From: an uncultured Lentimicrobiaceae bacterium
GTDB lineage: Bacteria > Bacteroidota > Bacteroidia > Bacteroidales > SKPS01
Reading direction: 5' to 3'
Assembly: GCA_964469215.1 (NCBI GenBank)
Contig: CAYXYB010000004.1
Location: 103,744-167,743 of the forward strand
Length of the DNA: 64,000 bases
The notes under the pieces were generated by a model. The model was not told the DNA's origin, made no database searches, and worked only from the letters and a program-made list of their open reading frames with translations. Below are positions 1 to 10,176 of the stretch, in pieces; the first letter of the stretch is position 1; each line of letters opens with the position of its first letter. A program made the translations under genes and the position numbers.

Positions 1-1
1 C

Positions 2-487
2 AAAAGAATAGAGCCGTGGATAAGAATTGATGAACCTATAAAACCCAATTATGAAAAAGCTACGGGAATGATGCAGGAGTCAACTAACCGGAAAACTAAT
101 ATTTGTATAAACACAACCGACAGTATAGAGCTTACTTCCCTTCGGGGTATAGGGGGAGTATTGGCTAAGCGGATAATAAGTTACAGAGATGCACTTGGTG
201 GGTTTCATTCAGTGAAACAGCTTGAGGAGGTATATGGCCTTTCTCCTCAGGTTGTGGAAATGAATAATTCAAAAATCAATATTAACACTGAGGAAATCAG
301 ACTAATCAGTTTAAACCTTGCCTCACAGCAAACTCTGGAATTGCATCCATATATTTCAAAGCGCCTGGCCTACATAATCATCTCCTTAAGAAAGGAAAGA
401 AGGATCTTGTCTAAAGAAGATATGATATCCAGGCTTCCTGATGGCACAGATATCAACCCTAATCTCTGGCGTTATCTCGAATACTGA
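2..487 (+). CDS. ComEA-like helix-hairpin-helix DNA-binding protein; 5' end lies outside the window
   Basis: The frame is open from the window edge, with no stop upstream of the ATG at 68. HhH signature LTSLRGIGGVLAKRIISYR..LEEVYGL, plus a second HhH-like repeat (LELHPYISKRLAYIII). Confidence 0.6.
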   Translation, partial: KRIEPWIRIDEPIKPNYEKATGMMQESTNRKTNICINTTDSIELTSLRGIGGVLAKRIISYRDALGGFHSVKQLEEVYGLSPQVVEMNNSKININTEEIRLISLNLASQQTLELHPYISKRLAYIIISLRKERRILSKEDMISRLPDGTDINPNLWRYLEY

Positions 488-563
488 TTATTTCAGGAAG
501 AATAAGACCTATTTGTTATTTTTGTACAGATTTATTAATTTACCTTCCTCAGAATATAATCAG

Positions 564-2012
564 ATGAATAAACGACAGCGTCTAAATCGTTTCCCTACTG
601 TATTCTGGCTCTCAAACCTTATGGAGCTCCTTGAACGATGGGCTTACTATGGTGTTTTTGCATTACTGTCTGTATATCTTACAGATCCGAAATCATCCGG
701 AGGGTTGGGATTCTCCAGTGGCCAGAGCGGTGCACTAATGGCTGTGGTCACCTTTACCATTTACTTCTTTCCGATGGTTGCCGGTGCCATTGCAGACAGG
801 ATGGGATACCGAAGGATCCTGCTTTTTGCATTCGGGATACTTGCAGCAGGTTATTATCTCATGGGGCAATTCTCGTCATATCATGGAATATTTCTGGCTT
901 TCCTGCTGGTTGGTTGTGGTGCGGCTCTCTTTAAGCCTGTAATTGTAGGTACCATCTCTAAATCAACCAACAGCACAAACGATACCGTCGGGTTTGGCAT
1001 TTTCTATATGATAGTTAATATTGGTGGTTTTGTCGGGCCTTTCGTTGCTTCAAAACTAAGGGACATTGAATGGCAATACATATTCTATTTGTCGGCGGCA
1101 ATTATCTCAGTAAACCTTATTCCAACACTCTTTTTCTATAAAGAGCCAGATAGATCCGTTGAAAGACTGGCAATGCCTATAAGAGAAAAGATCAGCGAGA
1201 TTTTCAGAAACCTCATAATGGTTCTTTCAGACTACAGGTTCCTGGTTTTTGTGTTGATTATGTCAGGATTCTGGGTAATGTATATGCAGATTTTCTTCAC
1301 CCTGCCGGTCTTCATAACTCAATGGATCGACACCACTGTCATCTATAACTCATCAGAATGGATTGCCTGGGCAATAGGAACAACCAAAGAAGGCACCGGA
1401 ATTATCAGACCGGAAATGCTGCAAAACCTTGGTGCAGCCAGTATCGTGTTTTTCCAGATTCTTATGTCTAATATTGTCAAAAGGATATCCCCTTTACGAT
1501 CAATCACCTTTGGAATCTTGATATCCGCCATTGCCATGACATGTATGAGTTTTGGAATGAACGGCTGGATAATAGTTCTGGCTATATTTTTCTTTGCTAT
1601 TGGTGAAATGATCAGCTCTCCCCGTACACAGGAATACGCAAGTCGTATCGCTCCGAAAGGCATGATTGGTGTATATATGGGTTTCAGTTTCCTGCCTCTT
1701 GCCTTTGGTAATCTTTTAGGAGGTTTTTTATACGGCAGATTGTATGGCAGAATGTCTGACATATACTCAATAATTATCCGGGAACTTGAGAAAAGAGGAT
1801 TTGAAGATGCACAAACCCTTCAAAATCTGGATAAAACAGAAATAATGGCTGCAGGAATGGACTACTTCAACATGACCTCAGCGGAACTGAGACAATACCT
1901 TTACATTTCATACCAGCCATTCAAGATCTGGTGGATATACGGAGCCATAGGAATTGGAACAGTTATTCTGTTTATTTTATTCGATATAATTCTGAAAAGA
2001 AGAGAAAGATGA
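564..2012 (+). CDS. Proton-dependent oligopeptide transporter (POT/PTR2 family, MFS)
   Basis: POT signature ELLERWAYYG followed by about 12-14 hydrophobic helices. The start was moved to the ATG at 564 (MNKRQRL). The ORF-track start at 441 overlaps the upstream gene and encodes non-homologous residues. Confidence 0.75.
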   Translation: MNKRQRLNRFPTVFWLSNLMELLERWAYYGVFALLSVYLTDPKSSGGLGFSSGQSGALMAVVTFTIYFFPMVAGAIADRMGYRRILLFAFGILAAGYYLMGQFSSYHGIFLAFLLVGCGAALFKPVIVGTISKSTNSTNDTVGFGIFYMIVNIGGFVGPFVASKLRDIEWQYIFYLSAAIISVNLIPTLFFYKEPDRSVERLAMPIREKISEIFRNLIMVLSDYRFLVFVLIMSGFWVMYMQIFFTLPVFITQWIDTTVIYNSSEWIAWAIGTTKEGTGIIRPEMLQNLGAASIVFFQILMSNIVKRISPLRSITFGILISAIAMTCMSFGMNGWIIVLAIFFFAIGEMISSPRTQEYASRIAPKGMIGVYMGFSFLPLAFGNLLGGFLYGRLYGRMSDIYSIIIRELEKRGFEDAQTLQNLDKTEIMAAGMDYFNMTSAELRQYLYISYQPFKIWWIYGAIGIGTVILFILFDIILKRRER

Positions 2013-2060
2013 TCTTTGTCAAACAGAAACACTATTTAAAGCACTATATAAAGAAAAAAA

Positions 2061-2825
2061 ATGCTGTCATCCCATCAAAATACTTTACCCCTTAAGAGAC
2101 TATTATACAGTGCCTTCATCCCATTATCCCTTCTGATTTTTCCATGGGCAATACACATATGGGCTCATTTTGAGGATTCATCAATACTTGCTTATGGTCT
2201 GAGGCCATGGAATCTTAACGGTCTTGCCGGTATATTTACGATGCCATTTCTCCATGGAAATACAGATCATCTGATTTCCAACTCCATACCCTTTTTTGTG
2301 CTTGGAAGCGGACTGTTCTATTTTTACCGGGAGATCTCATGGAAAGTGATTCTGCTGATTATAATTCTCAGCGGAACTATCATTTGGTTCATTGGTAATC
2401 GCGGAACAATTCATATAGGGGCAAGCGGTGTTATTTACGGGATGGCAGGTTTTCATCTCACAAGTGGAATTATCAGGCGTAACAGAAACCTTATGGCTTT
2501 TGCCCTCCTGGTGGTTTTTCTTTACGGGGGATTGATATGGAGTATCTTCCCCGATTTTTTCCCCGGCCGCAACATCAGTTGGGAGGGGCATCTGGCAGGA
2601 TTGTTATCAGGTGTTGTGCTTGCGGTGATATATCGTAATTCAGGCCCTGGAGCTGATCCCGACCCTTCAGATATCGAAGAAGAAGATGATGATGATAATC
2701 CTGATGTTGATTTACAAAATGAATCAGATATTAAGGGCTCCAGAAAGGATGATATTGATAATCGGGGAAACATATCCACTACTTTTCCCGGTGGGAATCA
2801 CGTTCGATATCACGTGAACGAATAG
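2061..2825 (+). CDS. Rhomboid-family intramembrane serine protease with an acidic C-terminal tail
   Basis: Catalytic GASGVIYG motif and downstream HLAGLLSGV histidine helix. Six hydrophobic segments. D/E-rich tail. Confidence 0.75.
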   Translation: MLSSHQNTLPLKRLLYSAFIPLSLLIFPWAIHIWAHFEDSSILAYGLRPWNLNGLAGIFTMPFLHGNTDHLISNSIPFFVLGSGLFYFYREISWKVILLIIILSGTIIWFIGNRGTIHIGASGVIYGMAGFHLTSGIIRRNRNLMAFALLVVFLYGGLIWSIFPDFFPGRNISWEGHLAGLLSGVVLAVIYRNSGPGADPDPSDIEEEDDDDNPDVDLQNESDIKGSRKDDIDNRGNISTTFPGGNHVRYHVNE

Positions 2826-3231
2826 TTTCCCTTTTGTCAAAAAGTTTTTTCCCCTGTGCTATTGAAATTTTCACTTTGGCATATCCATTATCACTGATGA
2901 ATAACAGCAATGGTATTATTGTTAAACCTTTTTCAACGGTTTTAACAATAAGCCTTTTAATCTCTCTCTTTGAAACCAAAAGTTTACGATCACGTTTGGG
3001 ATCATGATTTGCATATCCCCCATGGCTGTATTCGGCGATATGCATGTTTTTAATAAAAAGCTCACCATCTTTAAGATAACAATATGCTTCCGCAATACTT
3101 GCCCTACCCTCTCTCACTGACTTAATCTCACTCCCCGTGAGAACTATACCGGCAATAAATTCCTCGAGCAGAAAATATTCAAATCCGGCTTTCTTGTTCT
3201 TTATCTCAATCTTTTTCACTGCCTTTCTCAT
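2779..3231 (-). CDS. smpB: SsrA-binding protein SmpB
   Basis: 150 aa. KKAGFEYFLLEEFIAGIVLTGSEIKSVREGRASI..AYCY matches the conserved SmpB N-terminus, and the C-terminal tail is basic. Confidence 0.9.
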   Translation of the reverse strand: MRKAVKKIEIKNKKAGFEYFLLEEFIAGIVLTGSEIKSVREGRASIAEAYCYLKDGELFIKNMHIAEYSHGGYANHDPKRDRKLLVSKREIKRLIVKTVEKGLTIIPLLLFISDNGYAKVKISIAQGKKLFDKRETIRSRDIERDSHREK

Positions 3232-3300
3232 TCGGCAAAATTAATGATTGTATCGGTACCACTCCTGACAATCCGAACTGAGGTTATTTATTAATGCTGA

Positions 3301-4170
3301 TTAACCCAAAAATATTCCGGCATTCTCATCGTCTGCAAAATATGCGGCAAGCCTTTTCGCCGGCTTATGAATAATATCCATTACAACTATTCCCCTGCAT
3401 TTCATTACTTCTGTCAGTTCCGCCTTAAAAGTTTCTGCAACCCCTCCGCAAAAACCAATCGGCAAATCCGGTTTTCCTCCGATAAGAGGAATTAAAACAA
3501 TGTCTACCATCCTGTTGAATGAATCAAAAACCAGGGTCTTTATATCATCTTTTTGAATGAATTGATTGAGAAACGGCAGAAATGAGGCCGCAAAAGCCTG
3601 AGGTCTTGGTGCCGAATAAAGGTTCGTTATCAAGCTTGTTTTATCAAGCCCGGTTTGTTCAAAAAATGCATCAATTACTTGTGAAGGCAATCTCCCGGAA
3701 AGTAATGCCTTAAGAAACCTGAATCCAATATCTGCCCCACTTCCTTCATCTCCAAGCAAATAGCCCAAAGAATCAGTTCTTTTATTGATCCTTTTATCCT
3801 GATAAATGCCCGCGTTTGAACCTGTCCCTAAAATCACGGCAACACCATTACTGTTGCCAAACAATGCAATAGCTGCACCTGTAAGATCGTCAGATACTTT
3901 TATTTCTGATGCTGATAAGAAGATCTTTGAAAGTGCTTCGAATATCCTGGAACATTGTTTTTCAAAAAGACAACCTGTCCCAAAGTAAAGGATCTTCTTG
4001 GGTTGGGGTTTATTAAGATTAACGAAAGCTCTAGTGAAGTTGGCAATCAATGTTATATCGGAGTCGAAATAAGGGGAAACACCGGGAGTCTGATAATAAG
4101 AAATCTTATTTTCCCGGCTGATCAACGCCCAGTCTGTTTTACTGTTACCTGCATCTACTATAAGCATCAT
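3301..4170 (-). CDS. BadF/BadG/BcrA/BcrD-type ATPase (N-acetylglucosamine kinase-like)
   Basis: ASKHA-fold motifs: LIVDAGNSKTDWAL (phosphate 1), ILGTGSNA (phosphate 2), GDEGSG. Confidence 0.7.
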   Translation of the reverse strand: MMLIVDAGNSKTDWALISRENKISYYQTPGVSPYFDSDITLIANFTRAFVNLNKPQPKKILYFGTGCLFEKQCSRIFEALSKIFLSASEIKVSDDLTGAAIALFGNSNGVAVILGTGSNAGIYQDKRINKRTDSLGYLLGDEGSGADIGFRFLKALLSGRLPSQVIDAFFEQTGLDKTSLITNLYSAPRPQAFAASFLPFLNQFIQKDDIKTLVFDSFNRMVDIVLIPLIGGKPDLPIGFCGGVAETFKAELTEVMKCRGIVVMDIIHKPAKRLAAYFADDENAGIFLG

Positions 4171-4306
4171 GCATCAAAGATACAATGTTTATCAATATAT
4201 CAAAGTAGTTGAGCCTTCTTTCGCTATCGAAGCATTTTTATATTTAAACGCTGAAAGGGAAATGCCGGTTTTTTATACTTTTACATCATATTGCCAATAT
4301 TGTAAC

Positions 4307-6355
4307 ATGAAGCAGAGTGTAAAGAAAAATATTGATCATTCAAAGAAAAATAAGTTGTTGAATGACAAGAGATTCATTGCGTTCATTTATATTGTTGTCA
4401 TCTTTATTCTTTATGGGCAAACACTGAATTTTGGCTTCACCTGGTTTGATGATGATGTTATTCTTCTGAGAAACAAAGATTATATCTCAGACTTTGGAAA
4501 CCTCCCGGGTTCCATTATACGCGATGCTGAATTCAGGAAGAATACCATTGAACTTTACAGACCTTTGCAAAATGTGAGCTTCATCACTGATGCAGCAATC
4601 GGAGGGTTCAGACCCGGTATGTTCCATCTGACAAATATGCTTTTGCATCTTGCATCTGTGATAATGTTGTTTTTTCTGCTTGAAACTATTGGATTCAACC
4701 TGCATGTTGCATTCCTTGGAGGGCTTTTACTGGCAATGCACCCTGTATTTGCGTTTACCGTAAACTGGTTGCCCGCCAGAGGGGACCTGCTTTTTGCCTT
4801 TTGGACTATTCTGTCTTTTTACCTATTTATTGTTTTTCTTAATAGAAGGAAAACCAAATGGTTATGGTGGCATCTTGCTGCATTCTTTTTCGCTATAATG
4901 TCGAAAGAGACTGCCATTATAATCATACCTGTCTGTACACTATACTATGTTTATATTCACAACAAACAGGAGTTTTACCGTTGGCAGTTGATACCTGCAG
5001 CAGGTTATTCGGTTATAGTTTTGTTTTACTTTTTCCTTAGAAAAATGGCAGTACATGGGATCCAGGGAGATGCATTTGGTTTATCGCCTTTTATTTACAA
5101 TTTACAAGTTATTCCTGAAACGATGTTTCGTTTTTTTGTTCCATATCCGATTGTAGCTTTACCCTTCTACTCCCTCTTGCCAACTATAGGAGGTGTTGCA
5201 ATTATCGCTATAATAACATGGGTTTCTCTGAAATTTGCAAAAAATCAACGCTTGATTTTATTCGGCGCTGCCTGGTTTGTTGGTTTCACTATCCCCTCAA
5301 TGTTATACCGGCCAGAATGGTCAGATTATATATACGACTATATTATACACCGAAGCTATCTCCCCTTTGTTGGATTAATAATTATCGTACTTGAAATATA
5401 TGATCACAACCGTCGGTTGATTAACAGCCGATTACCCGGCAGAATAGCCGCTTTTCTTTTTATCATCTTTGCCATTCTTAACTATTCGTTTACAAGAGAA
5501 TTTAAAGATCCGATAACTTTCTGGAAATATGCCGTAAAGACAAACGAACGATCGGCATTTACACATCTTTACCTGGGTGGGGCACTTTTCTTTGAAAATC
5601 AACATTCCCCGGCTATTGAGAGCTATAGTAGAGCTTTGAAAATCAAACCTGACCTGGGGGAGGCTTTAATCAACAGAGGTATTACCTATGCATCTGCCGG
5701 AGATCATAAATCAGCAGTGAAAGATTTCTCTGCATACCTCGATCTGTTCCCCGGTGATACGATGGCTATACAATACCGTTCCACATCTTTCATGGAACTT
5801 GCAGACTATTCCGGAGCATTGCCGGATCTGATTTTCCTCCGGTCGGCTGGATACCGCACCGAGAAAGTAATGTATTCTTTGGCTCTTTGCAAACTGTTGA
5901 CAGGCAATTACCCTGAAGCAAAACATGAATTTGATAGCCTTCTCAACATCTATCCCGACAATTTTTCATACCTGAAAGCCGGTGCACTTGCTGATCTGAT
6001 GAATGGCGAAGCCGACCAGGCTATAGCAAAATATCAGAAAGTACTGAAGGTTGACCTTTCAGCAAACATCCTGTCGAACCTGGGATATGCCTACTGGCAG
6101 GCAGGGATGTATAATGAATCACTTGACAACTTTGAAAGAGCAGAGGTGCTTTCCGCGGAAAACCTTAGTGTAAGTCTCGGTTTGATGCTGGCATACAGTT
6201 CACTGGGCAAGGATGATGAGGTTAGAAAAGCCAAGGATAAAGCTTTGAAAACAGATCCGTCACTTAGAGATGGCACAAAATCCCTGGAAGCTTTGCAGCA
6301 AGGGGGATATCTTTTTACACCAGAGCAACTTGAAAAGCTTAAAAGGCTATTCTGA
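4307..6355 (+). CDS. GT-C fold (family 39/TMTC-like) membrane glycosyltransferase-like protein with C-terminal TPR repeats
   Basis: N-terminal FGFTWFDDDVILLRN motif, typical of PMT_2/TMTC proteins. About 10 TM helices, then 5-6 TPR units (AxxxYxxALxxxP pattern). The start was moved to the ATG at 4307 (MKQSVKK). Confidence 0.6.
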   Translation: MKQSVKKNIDHSKKNKLLNDKRFIAFIYIVVIFILYGQTLNFGFTWFDDDVILLRNKDYISDFGNLPGSIIRDAEFRKNTIELYRPLQNVSFITDAAIGGFRPGMFHLTNMLLHLASVIMLFFLLETIGFNLHVAFLGGLLLAMHPVFAFTVNWLPARGDLLFAFWTILSFYLFIVFLNRRKTKWLWWHLAAFFFAIMSKETAIIIIPVCTLYYVYIHNKQEFYRWQLIPAAGYSVIVLFYFFLRKMAVHGIQGDAFGLSPFIYNLQVIPETMFRFFVPYPIVALPFYSLLPTIGGVAIIAIITWVSLKFAKNQRLILFGAAWFVGFTIPSMLYRPEWSDYIYDYIIHRSYLPFVGLIIIVLEIYDHNRRLINSRLPGRIAAFLFIIFAILNYSFTREFKDPITFWKYAVKTNERSAFTHLYLGGALFFENQHSPAIESYSRALKIKPDLGEALINRGITYASAGDHKSAVKDFSAYLDLFPGDTMAIQYRSTSFMELADYSGALPDLIFLRSAGYRTEKVMYSLALCKLLTGNYPEAKHEFDSLLNIYPDNFSYLKAGALADLMNGEADQAIAKYQKVLKVDLSANILSNLGYAYWQAGMYNESLDNFERAEVLSAENLSVSLGLMLAYSSLGKDDEVRKAKDKALKTDPSLRDGTKSLEALQQGGYLFTPEQLEKLKRLF

Positions 6356-6394
6356 TAAACGAGACATCCAATTTGAGAAAGTTTTAAGGTACTG

Positions 6395-7132
6395 CTACCT
6401 GGTTACCAGGAATTTTCCGGTTGCAAAACTATTTTGTTGATTGATACTGATAAAGTACAAGCCTGGTTTTAACCCATCAGTTTCAATTGTCAGTAATCGT
6501 TCGGAACCAGCATCTGCTTCAAACTGTGATACCAGTCTGCCGGAAGAATTAAAAATGCTGACCATTGACAATCCTGAAGCACTTATAGAAACATTCAGTA
6601 CATCATTTGCGGGATTTGGAAATATGTTTATCTCTCCGGCCAGTTCACCATTTGATTCCACAGACACATGAGCATCGTCCTTTATCTCAAACTGCCAGTA
6701 ACCAGATAAAGTGTCAGGTATAGCAAATCCACCTACCATTGCGTGGTATACTATTGAAATACTGTGTATTCCAACATCTGAAGCAGCTGGAGTGCCAAAT
6801 ATCCGCATGCACCCTGCCGTTCCACCATTTATCCAACCTGAAATGGTATTATAATAATACTGAAAACCTGCAGGAAAACCAATGAAAGATTGTACGCGTA
6901 TAGAATCTATCGGAACGGGCGAAGGAAGTGGCGGTATGATTGTATCGGAAGGGACAACAATTGTGATGTTGAGATCGTAAAGCTGTGTTGCTGCTGCAGG
7001 ATGAATCCCTGTTTGACTTGTTGGATAAAAACCCGGCTGAGAATGGGATGAAACAGTACATTGTGCATTAACTCCGGAATAAACCGAAAGAATCATAATA
7101 AATACAATAAAACAAACAGATAGCTTTTTCAT
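6395..7132 (-). CDS. Secreted protein with a T9SS C-terminal sorting domain
   Basis: Signal peptide MKKLSVCFIVFIMILSVYSGVNA. C-terminal IFPNPANDVLNVSI...GLYFISI...KFLVTR is typical of the Por secretion CTD. The ORF-track N-terminal extension runs across the rpsA terminator. Confidence 0.7.
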   Translation of the reverse strand: MKKLSVCFIVFIMILSVYSGVNAQCTVSSHSQPGFYPTSQTGIHPAAATQLYDLNITIVVPSDTIIPPLPSPVPIDSIRVQSFIGFPAGFQYYYNTISGWINGGTAGCMRIFGTPAASDVGIHSISIVYHAMVGGFAIPDTLSGYWQFEIKDDAHVSVESNGELAGEINIFPNPANDVLNVSISASGLSMVSIFNSSGRLVSQFEADAGSERLLTIETDGLKPGLYFISINQQNSFATGKFLVTR

Positions 7133-7186
7133 ATGGTTAGGTTTAATATTTAAGCAGGCAATGTTACAAAAATTTGCAACATAAAT

Positions 7187-7218
7187 AAAAAAAACCACCA
7201 GGATCGACCCGATGGTTT
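7187..7218 (-). terminator. Rho-independent terminator downstream of rpsA
   Basis: Read on the minus strand: AACCATC-(11 nt)-GGTGGTT stem followed by a run of 8 T. It lies about 30 nt after the rpsA stop. Confidence 0.5.
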
Positions 7219-7246
7219 ATTCAGATAATTAATAAATAAGCTTTAA

Positions 7247-9946
7247 CTATTCCTGATTTTCGGTGTTCTTTTCCTCATTGGGATTCACCTCTTTATCAGC
7301 TTTTTTTGAAGTTGATTTCTTAGCCGGAGCCTTTTTTGCCGCAATAGACTTTGGTTTTTCAACTGCCTCTGCCTCATCACTGATCTTCTCCTTCTTTTTT
7401 CCGGTCTTTTTGCCCTTCGGAGCTTCTTTAGCCATCTCTTCAACCTCAGTAGCAGTCAACACCTCAGAGGAGTCAGCTTTTAAAGCTTCATCAGTTTCCA
7501 CAGATTCCTTTACCACTTCCTCTGTTTTTACGTGTTTACCTTTGGTCTGACGTGCTTTCTGCTTCTTCTCCATCTCTTCAAGCTTGGCTTTTGCATCAGC
7601 AACCTCACCCTCTTTCATCTCTTCTTTAAGTCCGGCAAGAACACTCAGATCACCCAATGTTGTCTTTTCGAGACTTTCCTTAATCTTCTTCACTGCTTTA
7701 GTTGCAGTCTGCTCCTTCTTCTGTTCTTCCTTCTTCTCTTCCTCAAGTTGCAGGTTAATACGGTCCTGAATAGCTTTAGTATGTGAAACTATAATCTTCT
7801 TATTTTCTTTAGAGAATTCTATCACCTTGAAATCAAGAGTTTCATCAACCCTGGCAAGGGTATTGTCTTCTTTATGCATGTGCCTTAATGGTGCAAATCC
7901 CTCAACACCGTATGGCAACGTGATAATAGCCCCTTTATCCATGGTGCTCATCACGGTTCCTTTATGAATAGAATCAACGGTAAATACAGTTTCAAAAACA
8001 TCCCAAGGGTTTTCTTCAAGTTGCTTGTGGCCGAGTGACAGCCTGCGATTATCCATATCCACCTCAAGAACAATTACTTCCAGTGTTTCGCCAATTTTTG
8101 TAAATTCTGCAGGATGTTTAATTTTCTTTGACCAGGAAAGGTCAGAGATATGTATCAATCCATCCACACCCTCTTCAAGTTCAACAAATATTCCAAAATT
8201 GGTGAAATTCCTTACAGTAGCATGATGTTTGGAATTAATAGGGTATTTGGCAACAATATCAGCCCATGGATCAGGTATTAACTGTTTTATGCCAAGTGAC
8301 ATTTTCCTGTCTTCACGATCGAGCGTCAGAATAACTGCCTCTACCTCATCACCAACTTTAAGAAAATCCTGGGCAGTTCGCAGATGCTGCGACCATGACA
8401 TTTCGGACACGTGTATGAGCCCTTCAACACCGGCAGCAATTTCAACAAATGCCCCATAGTCAGCAATTACAACCACTTTTCCTTTTACCTTGTCGCCAAC
8501 ATTCATATCCGTGCTAAGGTTATTCCATGGGTGAGGTGTAAGCTGCTTAAGTCCTAAAGCAATGCGCTTTTTATTATCATCAAAGTCTAGAATTACCACT
8601 TTGATCTTTTCATCAAGAGTAACTATTTCCTCAGGATGATTTATCCTTCCCCAACTGAGGTCAGTAATATGAATAAGGCCGTCAACACCGCCTAGATCGA
8701 TAAACACACCATAAGAGGTAATATTTTTAACTGTTCCTTCAAGAATCTGACCCTTTTCAAGCCTTGAAATGATGTCTGCCTTCTGTTTCTCAAGTTCATC
8801 CTGAATAAGTGCTTTGTGAGACACAACCACGTTTTTATATTCATGATTTATCTTCACCACCTTAAATTCCATGGTTTTACCAACGTAAACATCATAGTCA
8901 CGTATGGGTTTCACATCTATCTGAGAACCCGGAAGGAAAGCCTCTATACCAAATACATCAACGATCAATCCACCTTTGGTTCTGCATTTTACATAACCAT
9001 TAATGATCTCATCCTGTTCCATCGCCTGGTTAATACGCTCCCACGATCTTAATACCCTGGCTTTCTTGTGTGAAAGAACAAGCTGTCCATTTGGATCTTC
9101 CTGATTTTCAACATAAACTTCAATGGCATCCCCAAGTCTTATTTCATCCCTGTATCTGAGTTCTGTAAGATTAATAACACCGTCAGATTTGTAGCCAATA
9201 TTAACAACAACTTCACGCGAATTCATTGCAACAACGGTTCCGTCAATAACCTGCTGTTCATTAATGGATTTGAGTGTATTGGTATAAACTGATTCAAGGC
9301 GATTGCGCTCCTGCTCATTATACATGTCCTTCTTCTTGTCAACTGATGACCAATCGAAGTCTTCAGGTTCACGCAGTGTTCGCTTCGAAAATTTAGGTAT
9401 AAGTCCATCACTTTTGATATCTTCTGAATGGAAGTCGGAATCTAAAGACACCTCAGAATAAGAGGTGGTTGATTCAGGTAATGAACCTTCCGGTTCTTCT
9501 TCATATTTTAGTTCCTGTTGATCTGCGCTAACCTCCTGATGATCAAATTCAGGTGTCTCAACAGCATGCTCTGCAATAAGCCCCTCAACTGCTACTGCTA
9601 CTGCAACTGTTACTGTTCCTGTTCCCTCGGATAGCTCACCTGAAACTGTCATCTCTTCACTTTCTGCTGAGGGTTCATCAGGGTATGATTCAACATTATT
9701 CTGATTTTCCTGAACCTCATTGGCAGTAAAATCATCAACTTCTGCCTCAAATGATTCTTCGGTGTGATTTCCCTCTTCCTCAATTGAGGATTCCAGGTCG
9801 TTTTTTACATCATCAACAGATTCAACAACTTCTGATTTTTCTGTTTCAGAATTAATTTCTTCATTTTGATCTTCTTTCTGAAAATTCAAATTGACATCAC
9901 CTTCAAATTCCTCGTTAGTCAATTGATCTTTAATCTCTTCCGACAT
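7247..9946 (-). CDS. rpsA: 30S ribosomal protein S1 with long low-complexity N- and C-terminal extensions
   Basis: Six S1 domains (repeated G.V....G..V....EGLIH.S. pattern). The core starts near EDFDWSSV...VIDGTVVAMNSREVVVNIGYKSDG. An acidic region of about 190 aa precedes the core and a K/E-rich region of about 180 aa follows it. Confidence 0.9.
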   Translation of the reverse strand: MSEEIKDQLTNEEFEGDVNLNFQKEDQNEEINSETEKSEVVESVDDVKNDLESSIEEEGNHTEESFEAEVDDFTANEVQENQNNVESYPDEPSAESEEMTVSGELSEGTGTVTVAVAVAVEGLIAEHAVETPEFDHQEVSADQQELKYEEEPEGSLPESTTSYSEVSLDSDFHSEDIKSDGLIPKFSKRTLREPEDFDWSSVDKKKDMYNEQERNRLESVYTNTLKSINEQQVIDGTVVAMNSREVVVNIGYKSDGVINLTELRYRDEIRLGDAIEVYVENQEDPNGQLVLSHKKARVLRSWERINQAMEQDEIINGYVKCRTKGGLIVDVFGIEAFLPGSQIDVKPIRDYDVYVGKTMEFKVVKINHEYKNVVVSHKALIQDELEKQKADIISRLEKGQILEGTVKNITSYGVFIDLGGVDGLIHITDLSWGRINHPEEIVTLDEKIKVVILDFDDNKKRIALGLKQLTPHPWNNLSTDMNVGDKVKGKVVVIADYGAFVEIAAGVEGLIHVSEMSWSQHLRTAQDFLKVGDEVEAVILTLDREDRKMSLGIKQLIPDPWADIVAKYPINSKHHATVRNFTNFGIFVELEEGVDGLIHISDLSWSKKIKHPAEFTKIGETLEVIVLEVDMDNRRLSLGHKQLEENPWDVFETVFTVDSIHKGTVMSTMDKGAIITLPYGVEGFAPLRHMHKEDNTLARVDETLDFKVIEFSKENKKIIVSHTKAIQDRINLQLEEEKKEEQKKEQTATKAVKKIKESLEKTTLGDLSVLAGLKEEMKEGEVADAKAKLEEMEKKQKARQTKGKHVKTEEVVKESVETDEALKADSSEVLTATEVEEMAKEAPKGKKTGKKKEKISDEAEAVEKPKSIAAKKAPAKKSTSKKADKEVNPNEEKNTENQE

Positions 9947-10066
9947 TCTTTTAAAGTTTTATGTCTTTCCGGGCTTGCCTGATGCATTTTTTCCGGCAGA
10001 CGGTTAATAATAAATGAATTACCATTCAACCCTGAATTACTCTTACAATCCGAAGGTTAGCCATCT

Positions 10067-10090
10067 AAAAGATTTGAAAACAAATCTTTT
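10067..10090 (-). terminator. Possible AU-rich terminator hairpin after ispH
   Basis: AAAAGATTTG-AAAA-CAAATCTTTT perfect 10-bp inverted repeat about 90 nt downstream of the ispH stop. The stem is weak (AT-rich). Confidence 0.3.
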
Positions 10091-10176
10091 ATTCATTCGG
10101 TGCTTAATTCTCCATTTCAGGGATTTAGAATTTAAGCATCATCATGAAAATGGGGTGCAAAGGTCGGTATAATTTT

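Noticed and set aside
441-563. N-terminal extension of the POT transporter ORF overlapping the ComEA-like gene
   Set aside because: The extension overlaps the upstream gene by 47 nt and encodes non-conserved residues. The POT homology and the first TM helix begin after the Met at 564.
2779-2825. 47-bp convergent overlap of the rhomboid and smpB 3' ends as a possible regulatory antisense arrangement
   Set aside because: The overlap involves only the non-conserved acidic tail of the rhomboid protein. Such tail overlaps are common in compact genomes, and nothing in the sequence (hairpins, repeats) suggests a dedicated function.
7263-7786. Three plus-strand ORFs (95, 84 and 61 aa) under the rpsA C-terminal tail
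   Set aside because: They are the antisense of the K/E-rich repetitive tail, which keeps the opposite strand (F/S/L-rich) free of stops. There is no independent evidence for them.
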